Assembly: GCA_052055015.1 (NCBI GenBank)
Contig: JBQJIT010000069.1
Source of the DNA: Malassezia furfur
Taxonomy: Eukaryota
Length of the DNA stretch: 35,952 bases
Direction: 5' to 3' (one strand)
This document shows positions 1-9,736 of the stretch, piece by piece. Both the position numbers and the translations under genes were made by a program. Below the pieces are notes generated by a model that ran no database searches, was not told the DNA's origin, and was given only the letters and a program-made list of their open reading frames with translations. Every line of letters begins with the position of its first letter. Position 1 is the stretch's first letter.

Positions 1-666
1 TGCCGTGGGACGCCGAGGTGCGTGCGCACATCGCCGCGGCGCTCCACGCGCACCTGCAGAGCCGGTGGCTCGCGGTCGCGACCGACGAGGTGGGCAGTGT
101 GCTGGTGCAGGACCTGTTGCGCAGCGGCCTTGTCGGCGCGTCGAGTGCGTGCGTCGCGGAGCTGTTGGCGCACTTTGTCGAGTGCGTGTGTGACCAGTAC
201 GGGGTGTGGGTGATCCAGCACCTTGCCGAGCACGGCGGCCGCGACGTGCAGGACCACGTCGCGCAGTTGTTGCTGCGCCATGCCGCTACCGTGTGCCTAT
301 CGCCGTTCGGTGCGAAAGCCGTGCAGGTCATCCTGCGCGTGAGCGACGCATCGGTAAGCGTGGCGCTCGCCGAGCGGCTGTGCGCGCCGGCGGGACCGGC
401 GTCGGCGCCCGGTGCGCGCCCGCTGCTGGTGGACGTGGCGCTGACGCAGCAGGGCCTGCCGATCCTTGCCCAGGTACGTAGTGCCGCCTGACGCAGCTCT
501 TGACCACGACGGGATCGCGGCGTTATGACCTGCTACACACGGTGCGCAAGTACACGATGGCGCTCAAGAGCAACAAGAGTGGGCTGCGCGTCTTCCAGCT
601 GTGCGGTGCGCACGTCACTAACACGCAGAGCGTGCGCGGGCGTTTACGGGGTATGAGCATAGTTAG
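1..666 (+). CDS. Pumilio/PUF-repeat-like protein, 3' part (copy A, 5' end outside window)
   Basis: PUF-like repeats (VATDEVGSVLVQDLL, CVCDQYGVWVIQHLAE, CLSPFGAKAVQVIL). Introns 474-496 and 606-628 (23 nt each) restore the frame to ...LCERARAFTGYEHS* (TAG 664-666). Matches the full copy at 20324-21860. Confidence 0.7.
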
Positions 667-672
667 GTATCA

Positions 673-1557
673 TCACTGCTTCAGCGATTCGCGCAGCAGC
701 TTGCGCAGCACCTGCGCACGTCCTCGCGCGGCGTCGACACAGTGCTCGAGCAGCGCGTGGTTGTGCAGCTGGGCATGGGCGGCGAGGGCGTTGCCCGCGT
801 GCCGCACAAAAAAGACGTCGGCGTCGTCGTCCGCCTCGGCGATGCCAATGTGCGTCGTGCCGGCGGTGAGGGAGCCCTCAAATGCGGTGACGTCGGCGAG
901 CAGGTACGTGGCATCCACGAGCCCAAACGTCGCGAGCACAGGCAGGTATGCGAGTGCGAGCTTCTCGGTGCGCTCGCGTGTGCACACGCACGCCGACGCG
1001 TCATCGCACCGCAGCACGCGCGGCAGCCGCGCATTGGCAAGCGCGGCGACGGCCGCGAGCGCTGCGGCGTCGAGCACGTTGCCGTCCTCGCTGACCACGA
1101 CGAGGTCCACATACACGCACCACACCGCGACGCCCGGCTCAATGCACAGCGACTCGCGCGGAAGCGCGCGCGACTCGTCCAAGAAGCGCTGGAGGTAGTG
1201 TGCGAGCGCCTGTGCCTCGTCGCCCGGCGGACCCGCACGGTACTGCGGCGAGCACAGCGGAGAGAGGTCGATGGTTGGCACGACGAAGCCCTCGTGTGGG
1301 CGATCATGGTGCGGCTCGGCGACGTGGGCCTGGACCGCGGCCGTGACCATGGTGCCCGTGCCGAAGCGGACGAGCGCGCTGCCATGCGCCTGCGTCAGGA
1401 TGCCCGTCGCGAGGGACACGGGCCGGAACTCGTTGAGGGCGCGCCCGTCCTCGCGGACCTGCTCTTCGAGGTGCCTGCGCAGGAAATCGACCGGGTATAG
1501 CTTCTTGTAGATGGCCGTCTGCACGTCGGCATCCGCCGCATCGCTCGCTGCTGCCAT
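673..1557 (-). CDS. RRP43: Exosome RNase PH-like subunit Rrp43/EXOSC8 (copy A)
   Basis: YPVDFLRRHLEEQVREDGR..FRPV, GSALVRFG, SLCIEPGVAVWCVYVDL..EDGNVLDAA motifs. First ATG at 1557, no introns, 294 aa. Confidence 0.85.
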   Translation of the reverse strand: MAAASDAADADVQTAIYKKLYPVDFLRRHLEEQVREDGRALNEFRPVSLATGILTQAHGSALVRFGTGTMVTAAVQAHVAEPHHDRPHEGFVVPTIDLSPLCSPQYRAGPPGDEAQALAHYLQRFLDESRALPRESLCIEPGVAVWCVYVDLVVVSEDGNVLDAAALAAVAALANARLPRVLRCDDASACVCTRERTEKLALAYLPVLATFGLVDATYLLADVTAFEGSLTAGTTHIGIAEADDDADVFFVRHAGNALAAHAQLHNHALLEHCVDAARGRAQVLRKLLRESLKQ

Positions 1558-1576
1558 CGTTGCGAAAACGAAGCTG

Positions 1577-1587
1577 GCTGACTCAGC
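1577..1587. promoter_or_regulatory. TGACTCA (Gcn4/AP-1-type bZIP site) in the 43-bp head-to-head RRP43/ERG8 gap
   Basis: gctgactcagc is retained exactly in the mirror copy at 19403-19413. Function is inferred only. Confidence 0.35.
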
Positions 1588-1600
1588 GACGCACGCGGCC

Positions 1601-3431
1601 ATGACCACGACCGTGTCGGCGCCGGGCAAGGTGCTCGCCGCGGGCGGCTACCTCGTGCTCGACCCTGCGTACTTTGGCGTGGTGTTTGCTACGGATGCAC
1701 GGTTCTACACGAGCGTTGCGACGCGTGCTGCGCGTGCTGGCGCCGCGCCGTTCATCCGTGTGCGCTCGCCGCAGTTCGACGCGGCCGAGTGGGTGTATGC
1801 GGTGCAGCTGCCTGCGGACGACGACGCGACGCGCACCGAAGATGTGCGCCTGGTGCAGACGTACGTGCCGTGCTGACGCAGCGACAACAACGGCCCCAAT
1901 CCGTTTGTGGCCTTTGCCCTGCTGTACACGCTGCAGCTCGGCGTGGAGAAGAACGGCGTGCCGGCGCTGCGCGACGCGCTGCGCGGCGGCATCGATGTCG
2001 TGATTGCGGGCGACAATGACTACTACTCGCACCGAGTCGAGGTGCGTCCTAGGCACTTACCCAGGGCCAAGCACCGACGCTTGCGCAGCTCGACGCGCTT
2101 GAACCGTTCGCCGTGCAGCACTGCACGCTTGGCGACGTGCACAAGACGGGGCTGGGCTCGAGCGCTGCCATGACGACCTCACTGACGGGTGGCATGCTGC
2201 TGCACCTCGGCATCGTCGACGGCGAGCGCGAGGACCACACACTGCCGCTCGCGTCGCTCGGCCTGATCCACAACGCCGCGCAGCTCGCGCACTGTGCTGC
2301 GCAGGGCAAGCTCGGCTCGGGCTTTGACGTGTCGGCGTCCGTGTGGGGCAGTCAGCTGTACCGCCGCTTCAACCCCGAGCTGATCAAGGACGTAATGCGC
2401 GACGAAGTCGGCAGCCGTCTGCTGCGTGCCGGCGAGGCGCCGTCCCACGACGCCCGCCCGCCGGTCCCGCTGCTCCCGCTGCTCGACCCCCACAACCCGG
2501 CGTGGCAGCCGGCACCGCAGGAGACAACCGGCGTGCCAACCGCCGCCGAGGGCCTGCTCGAGCTCACGCGCTCCGCCGACACCGAGGCGCGCGTCGCACG
2601 CCCCGCGCCGCTACAGCTGCCGCCCGGCGTGCGGCTGTGCCTGGCCGATGTGGATGCGGGCTCCAACACGCGCACGATGGTGGGGCAGGTGAGCGCCTTC
2701 CAAAAAAACAAGCCCGAGTGGGGTACGTCGACCGCTTACGCAGCCGCCCAGCTGTTCCGTGTGCTTGGCGCCGCGAACCAGTCGCTCGCCGATGGCCTCC
2801 TGGGCCTGCATGTCGCACATGCGCGTGATGCAGAGGAATATGCCCGTGTCTTAGAGGCGTTTTCGCAGCGCTCGTCGGTCGAGTGGGACGCGTACCGGAA
2901 GGAGCACCCGTCGCTGACGGCCGACATGTTCATCGACGTGCGCAATTCGATGCGGTCCGTGCGAGCGGGCATGCGCGAGCTTGGTACGCGTGCCGCGGCG
3001 CCCGTCGAGCCGATAGAGATGACGCGCCTGATCGACACGACGATCCGCGACGCGCCCGGCATCCTGGGCGGCGGTGTCCCTGGAGGTACGTGTGCGCGCG
3101 AGGCCTACTGACCCCAGCTGGTGGCTACGACGCGCTCTATTTGCTCTTTTTGCATCCCGAGGCACTCGTGCGTCCCGAGGCGCATGTGCCCGCGCCCCGC
3201 GCCGTGTGTGCTGTATGGGAAGCGTACACGGAGCTGAGCGTCGGTCCGCTGCGGTGCGGCGCCGAGTTCCCGCGGCACAGTGATGCGCTCGCCGACGTCC
3301 ACAAGGATGTAGACCCCGCGGTGGTACGCGTCGCACAGGCCCTGTTGCGCACACGCGCGGGCCTCCAGCGCGTAGACGGTGCGTCGGTGCCTGGCCTCGC
3401 GCGCCATCTGCAGTGCCTCGGCGCTGACTAA
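1601..3431 (+). CDS. ERG8: Phosphomevalonate kinase, fungal Erg8 type (copy A)
   Basis: SAPGKVLAAGGYLVLD, KTGLGSSAA, AQGKLGSGFDV and PGAGGYDA (after splicing). Introns 1861-1881, 2042-2064, 2723-2743, 3086-3117. Confidence 0.93.
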
Positions 3432-3461
3432 GCACATCGGACGCCGTGGCTTCTTTTTACG

Positions 3462-5747
3462 ATGGCCGCGGCGTTGGTGCGTGCGGCGTTCCCCTCGTTG
3501 GACGATCCGATTGTAGAGTATCTGGACCATGCCGTCGAGGATGCCGGTGAGGATCCGTCGGTGTCGGTAATGGACGAGGTTGTGCGCCCCATGCTCGAGT
3601 CTGCGGTGCTCAGTGAGCCTGCGACGTCCAAGGCGCGCGAGGCGCTTCCTGGCCTGCTGGAGAAGCTGGGTGCGCTCGTCGCTGAGCGGCAGCCGCTGCA
3701 CGATGCGCAGCGTCAAAAGCTCACGCGCCTTGACAAGGTGATCGACATGCGCGAGGGTGCGCTGAGCTCGACGTCGCGTTACGATGCTGGCGCCGGTTCC
3801 TTCGACCTGGCGTTGGGCCGCAGCGACCGCAAGGGCACGACCGTCGACGTCAAGCGCCTCGAGCGCCAGGAGGCCAAGACGCGCGCCAAGCTCGCTAAGC
3901 GCGAGCAGCGCGACCTGTACCAATCGAGCCGGCTCGTGGAGAACGCCAAGAAGATGGCCAACTACGAAGAAATGTACCTGCAGGTCAACCCCCTCGAGTC
4001 GATCAGCTCCGGTGCGGCCAAGGGCAAGAACAAGGACATTCACTTGCCGAACATCGATGTGAGCTTCGGCAGCAACCGCATTCTGAGCAACGCCGAACTC
4101 ACCATGGCGTACGGCCGTCGTTACGGTCTGATTGGCCGCAACGGTGTGGGCAAAAGTACGCTGTTGCGGCACATGGCGATGCGCGACGTGCCGATCCCCA
4201 CCAATGTCTCGCTGCTGTACGTCGAGCAGGAGATTGTTGGCGACGACACGCCGGCCGTCGAAGCTGTGCTCAAGGCCGACGTCTGGCGCGAGCGGCTGCT
4301 CCAGGAAGAAGCGCGTATCAACGAGCAGCTCCAGGCACTCGAAGACGCGGCGCAGGCCGCCTCGGCCGCGGCACAGGAGGCGGGCCAGGACGGCCTGTCG
4401 CGTGGCTCGGCCGTCGACCTGCCGACGCGCCAGCGCGAGCACGAGCGCGATGAGCTGTCGGCGCGGCTGGGCGACATCCAGGCCAAGCTGGTCGAGATGG
4501 AAGCCGACACGGGCCCGAGTCGTGCTGCGGCGCTGCTCAACGGTCTGGGCATTGTGGGAAGCGACCAGCAGAAGCCCACGAAGCACTTCAGCGGTGGCTG
4601 GCGCATGCGGTTGGCGCTGGCGCGCGCGCTCTTCTGCAAGCCCGACTTGCTCATGCTCGACGAACCGTCGAACATGCTTGACCTGAATGCGATTGCGTGG
4701 CTCGAAGACTACCTCGTTAACGAGTGGAAGGGCACGCTGCTTGTCGTGTCGCACGACCGCGCGTTCCTGAACCAGGTCGCGACCGACATTGTGCACATGC
4801 ACTCGGAGCGTCTCGACTACTACAAGGGCGACTTTGACCAGTTCTACGAGACGCGTGGCGAGCGTCGCCGCAACCAGCTGCGCGAGTACGAGGCGAACAT
4901 GGCCAAGCGGCAGCATCTGCAGGCGTTCATCGACCGCTGGCGCTACAATGCGAACCGCGCGACCCAGGCACAGAGCCGCATCAAGGAACTCGAGCGGCTC
5001 CCTGAGCTCGAGCCGCCCGAGAAGGAGTCCGGCGAGCACTTTACGCTGCCCGAGACGGACAAGCTGAGCCCGCCGCTGCTGCAGCTAGACAATGTCACGT
5101 TTGGGTACACGCGCGACCGGATTCTGCTGCGCCATGTCAACTTTGACGTAACGATGGACAGCCGCATTGCGCTTGTTGGCAGCAACGGCGCGGGCAAGTC
5201 GACGCTGATGAAGCTGCTCATGAACCAGATCACACCGCTCGAGGGTGACGCGAAGCGCAACTCGCGCCTGCGCATCGGCTACTTCTCGCAGCACCACATC
5301 GACCAGCTCGATCTGACGATGAACGCCGTGGCGTTCCTGGCGTCGCGGTTCCCGGGTCGCACCGAGCAGGAGTACCGCCAGCACCTCGGCTCGTTTGGCA
5401 TCACGGGCACCACGGGCCTGCAAAAGATTGCGACGCTTAGTGGTGGCCAAAAGAGCCGTGTGGCCTTTGCGCAGCTGAGCCTGATGAAGCCGCATGTGCT
5501 GCTGCTCGATGAGCCGACCAACCACTTGGACATTGAAGGTCTCGACGCGCTCATCGATGCCATCAACCGCTGGAACGGCGGCGTGATTGTGATCAGCCAC
5601 GACGAGCGCTTCATCAACAGCTGCCTCAAGGAGATGTGGGTGTGCGAGAACGGCACCGTGTACAAGTTCTACGGGAGCGTCTCGGAGTACAAGCGTGTCA
5701 TTGTCGAGTCCAACAAGCGCAAGCTGGAGGAGGCCATGCGTTCATAG
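3462..5747 (+). CDS. GCN20: ABC-F ATPase Gcn20/ABCF3 (copy A), 761 aa
   Basis: Two ABC cassettes (GRNGVGKST, FSGGW, LMLDEP; GSNGAGKST, LSGGQ, LLLDEP), no transmembrane domain, N-terminal extension typical of Gcn20/ABCF3. Confidence 0.9.
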   Translation: MAAALVRAAFPSLDDPIVEYLDHAVEDAGEDPSVSVMDEVVRPMLESAVLSEPATSKAREALPGLLEKLGALVAERQPLHDAQRQKLTRLDKVIDMREGALSSTSRYDAGAGSFDLALGRSDRKGTTVDVKRLERQEAKTRAKLAKREQRDLYQSSRLVENAKKMANYEEMYLQVNPLESISSGAAKGKNKDIHLPNIDVSFGSNRILSNAELTMAYGRRYGLIGRNGVGKSTLLRHMAMRDVPIPTNVSLLYVEQEIVGDDTPAVEAVLKADVWRERLLQEEARINEQLQALEDAAQAASAAAQEAGQDGLSRGSAVDLPTRQREHERDELSARLGDIQAKLVEMEADTGPSRAAALLNGLGIVGSDQQKPTKHFSGGWRMRLALARALFCKPDLLMLDEPSNMLDLNAIAWLEDYLVNEWKGTLLVVSHDRAFLNQVATDIVHMHSERLDYYKGDFDQFYETRGERRRNQLREYEANMAKRQHLQAFIDRWRYNANRATQAQSRIKELERLPELEPPEKESGEHFTLPETDKLSPPLLQLDNVTFGYTRDRILLRHVNFDVTMDSRIALVGSNGAGKSTLMKLLMNQITPLEGDAKRNSRLRIGYFSQHHIDQLDLTMNAVAFLASRFPGRTEQEYRQHLGSFGITGTTGLQKIATLSGGQKSRVAFAQLSLMKPHVLLLDEPTNHLDIEGLDALIDAINRWNGGVIVISHDERFINSCLKEMWVCENGTVYKFYGSVSEYKRVIVESNKRKLEEAMRS

Positions 5748-5754
5748 AGCCTAT

Positions 5755-7495
5755 CTATGCCTGTCTGTAGCGCAGCGCCCGCTGGACCGCCTGTCGCGTC
5801 GCACTGAACGCCGCTTCCACACACGCCTGGCCCACGCCTGGCTGCGCCGCTTCGGCGTCTTCGGCGATGCGCTGCATGCGCACCGGTGCGCGATCGAGCA
5901 CGTCGAGCATTTGCCGCGCCTTGGCCGCGCGTTGCGCCAACGTCTGGGGGGCACTGGCCACGTCACCCGAGGGCGACATTGCCTGCCAAAACTGCTGCAA
6001 AAACTCGTTGGTGGCCGCATGGCATGCGAGCAGCTGCTTGGCAATGTCGGGCGGCAGTTCCTGGATCGCGCTGCCAGGGTGCAACTCTTTCTGCTGCTCC
6101 ATGTTGTCGAGCATTGCGTCGAGCGCCGTGCGCATCGTCGGGCCGGTCGGCTCAAAGTGACGCAAGTCCAGCGTCCACTGCCCGAGCTCGGAGTGGAAGT
6201 GGGCCATGGCCGCATGCACGTCGGGTTGCTGGGTATCTTGTGAGCGCTCCGCATCCTGGCCCGCGTCAAAATAGGCGCGCTGGTTGTGGATCTCGAGTCT
6301 GCGCCCGCTGTGCGTGCGATGCTCGTTCAAGTCGTCCACGACGATCCGGTCGTAGTACGGCACGCCAGCGTGGTCTGTCGGGTACTCTTCGTCGACACCA
6401 CCCGTCTTGCGCCGCACACGCCGTGCATCCTGCTCGGACAATTCGCCGAGCGACGAGCGGAGCAGGCTGCTCGCGTGATTGTTGAAGCGCCGGACCAGCG
6501 GCAGGTTGCGCCGGTCAAAGCCCGCGCGCATGGTCCAGTCCTGTGTATTTCCGGTCTCGCCATGGTCCTCAGCCGTGGACGCAAGGTTGAGCAGCGCATC
6601 GTGAGGGTTGTACGCCGTGCGTGGCTCCAAGCCTGGGTCAGCGACTCGACCTACCGTCGTCTTCCTCCTCCAAGTACTGATCGAAAATGGGGTCGTCGCG
6701 CAGCGTCTGCTCCGATGCGGCCGAGCGCTGCGAGGTACGCAGGCGGTGGTATAGCTTGGACTGAAAGTAGCGCGACCAAAATGCGCCCTCGCTCAGCTTT
6801 TCGGGGACGTTTTCGTTGTAGGCTCGGGTCAGCACCGGGTATTGTTCAAACAGCTCGCGAATGAGCTGCGGAGTGATGTTGATTTTCATCTCGCCCGACT
6901 CACCCTGCGTCGGCCGCGGATCGGCAAGCTGCGCACGGCGGCCCTGACGCTGCTGCATCTTGGCCCGCTCCGAGCGCAGCAGCGCAACGCGCGTGGGGTG
7001 TGTCCAGAAGTCGGCGTCGGAAATCATTCCAGAGCCGACCACTTCCTTATGTAGCGCAAGCAGGCTAGGGTTCGCCAGCAAGACCTGGCCACGCAGGCGC
7101 ACCTCGGATGAAGCATCGGCGCCCGCCGTTGCGCTCGGCGTGTCGCGGCTGCCTTCGGATTGCGTACGTGCGCGAGCAATGGCCGCAGCTAGTCGCTCCT
7201 TAAACTGCTCGCGTGCAGCGACTGCGACGTCCTGCTCTGCATTAAAGGTGAGCATCGCCGCATTTTCGCCGTTGATGGTGTGTCCCTGCTCGGCCTCGAG
7301 TCGAAGCGCGGTTTGGGCCGCGCCAGGTTTGGACACCTTGAGGCCCTTGAGGTGGACGTCGCGCACTTGAAATGCACCAACCGTCGCATTGGCGCTAGAT
7401 GGCTGCCATTTTAAAAGCCCATCAACGCCCAGCACCAGCGTGCCGGGCACTTTCTTGTACGACACGGCGGCGTACAGCGCCGGCGTGTCGGTCAT
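5755..7495 (-). CDS. TFB1: TFIIH p62/Tfb1 subunit (copy A)
   Basis: N-terminal PH-like domain (YKKVPGTL), BSD-type segments (ISDADFW; LFEQYP..AYNENVPEKLSEGAFWSRYFQS), RRFNNHAS. One 22-nt intron at 6633-6654. Confidence 0.88.
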
Positions 7496-7581
7496 CCTGG
7501 TGGTGTGGAGGCCACGTGGCTAGGGTCCCAGGGCGAACATGCTGCTGCAGCCCGGGGCGGGGCCCTTACCTTCCCGCCAAC

Positions 7582-7896
7582 ATGGTGAACATTTCTTTGG
7601 ACCCCGAGACGCGCAACGCGATCATTCCCCAACTCCAGCAGATCGTTGACCACGTTAAGTCTGGTGGCGTGCCTGCCTACGAGAAGGAAGTCAGCCGCCT
7701 GCAGGCTGCCCACGACAAGTTCCACGAGAAGGGTAACACGCCAGGCTCGTTCGAGGACGACCAGCTCTACAAGATCTTCACCCAAATCAACCAGCACGGC
7801 AAAGTGAAGGACAGCGTCGGCACGGTGCAGCACCGCGACGAGCTCCTGAATGCCCTCGAGACCGAGCTGAACCGTCTGCAGGAGCAGCAGCAGTAA
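7582..7896 (+). CDS. Small 104-aa protein, partial paralog of the Cdc37 N-terminal helical region (copy A)
   Basis: Good start context (gccaacATGg), strongly C/G-ending codons, conserved as a 103-aa ORF in the mirror arm. Aligns without gaps to the neighbouring Cdc37 (34/94 identities by hand). Confidence 0.85.
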   Translation: MVNISLDPETRNAIIPQLQQIVDHVKSGGVPAYEKEVSRLQAAHDKFHEKGNTPGSFEDDQLYKIFTQINQHGKVKDSVGTVQHRDELLNALETELNRLQEQQQ

Positions 7897-8118
7897 GCGG
7901 TGTGTGCCTCGAACCGAGCGCCTCGCTACGTAAAATTGTCCGGTAGAGTCCACAGTCTCGTTTGCGAGTTCTGCTCATCCTTTCGCGCCCGGCCACGGGG
8001 CAGTGCCACAGGACCCTTTTGTGGGGGGCTGTTCGGACCCGACCGAAGCTTCGCGCACCAACGTGGCCCGGGCGCATGTACGCCACGTGAGAAGTGGAGG
8101 CGGGTTTCATTGACCACC

Positions 8119-9652
8119 ATGGGGAAGCTCAACTACGCCAAGTGGGACAATCTCGAGTTGTCAGACGATTCGGACATCGAGGTGCATCCGAACGTTGATA
8201 AAAAGTCATTTGTGCGATGGAAGCAACGTGATATTCACGAGAAGCGCGAAATGCGCAAGATTGAGCGATCGCGTCTCGAGGCGGAAGGCCGCACGAACAC
8301 GGACCTGATGCCGGAGCTCGACCGACTGGTACAAGACACGCGCAAAGAAGGTGTACCGTTCTACGAGCGCGAAATGAAACGGTTGCTTGCTGGGCGTGCT
8401 GAGCGTGGCAACAAGGATGGTCCGGATGGCCCTACGCTCGACGACATGCTTCTTTCGCTTCTGCTGCAGATCAACCAAGAAGACGCCGTGAAGTCGAGCG
8501 CTGGTAAGGCGGACCAGGCAGATACGCTGGTCGCCTCACTGGAGAGTCACAAGAAGCGGCTGAAGGAGCGCCAGGATACCATCGAAGCCGAGCTTCGCAC
8601 CATGGACGAAGAAGACCAGCGCAAGATCACCAGCGATTCGCTTCGCGAAGGATGGAGCGGCGGCGTACGTTTGTTTACTGACCCAGCACGTCACCAAGCC
8701 CGATGCGCCGGTGGAAAACCCTAGTAAGAAAAAGCAGACGACCACCACCAAGACGCAACACATCGAGACACTGAACCCCGGCGCGGCGCAGGTCTCGGCG
8801 CCGGCGGCGCCGGCGGCGGCCGACTCGGACGACGAAGAGGCACCGACGGTGACGCCCGTGATGAAGGCGTTTGCGAGCCTGCCCACCGCGCTCAAGAATG
8901 TGCCGCTGTCGGCCACCGGTTTCCCCGAAGGCTTCAACCCTGCAAAAGAGCTCCAACTCGCGCCCTTCGAAGAGGCCTTCCGCTACCTCGGGCAGCACAA
9001 AGAGCTTCTGCATGCGTCGTACGGCACGGCCGATGCGCTGTTGATGCAGGCATTTGAGTCGCAGATGGCTGGCCAAAAAGCGCTCGCGCGGATGTGCACC
9101 GAGAAAGCGCTGCTGGTCCAGTACTGCAACAAGCTGGGTCCTGACGGCGTGAGCCTCTTTTTCAAGCGGTACGTGTGCCTTGCTGACCCTAGGATGATGT
9201 CACCCGACGGCCGTGCAGCCTTTGTATTTCTGAACGACGTGCTTTCGACGTACGCGCGCATTGCGCAACGGGCCGAGGCGCTGGCAACGCAGTACAAAGA
9301 GGGCAGCGAAGGCGCCGAGCAGATCCAGCTCATGGCCGAGGACCCCAGTACGGTGATTTCGTTCGATGTGCCGGACGGCCCGCCGCCGGAGAACATTACG
9401 ATTGAGGGCGAAGGTGCCGAGTCTATGGATGTGAACCAGGTCAAGGCGTGGCTGCAGCGCCGGTGGGAGATTTACCAGAGCTTTGACCCCGACTTCCGTG
9501 CGGCGCTCGAGACCAAGCAGCTTGCGCGCGTCAATGAGGTCCTGGGCGAGATGCCTGTGGAGAAGGCTGAGCGTGTCGTCCAAGAGCTGGACGAAGCGGG
9601 CATCCTCAACTTTAGCTCCACCGAGGTCCGCGACGAGACGGGCCGTACGTAG
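8119..9652 (+). CDS. CDC37: Hsp90 kinase co-chaperone Cdc37 (copy A)
   Basis: Signature N-terminus LNYAKWDNLELSDDSDIEVHPNVDKKSFVRWKQ and C-terminal VNEVLGEMPVEKAE. Introns 8665-8686 and 9169-9192. Confidence 0.95.
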
Positions 9653-9736
9653 TTCGCCCGCGCGCAGCGGTGCGGTCCCACGACGTTCACGTGATTTTTT
9701 CTGTTGTCTTCTTGCGCGGTGCCATCGCTACCGGAG

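Noticed and set aside
3105..5039. Long antisense ORFs opposite GCN20 (644 aa here, 734 aa at 15388-17592), HID1 (31172-32992), TFB1 and the kinase-lipase
   Set aside because: Shadow frames expected from GC-rich codon bias. No recognisable domains, and their ends differ between the two arms.
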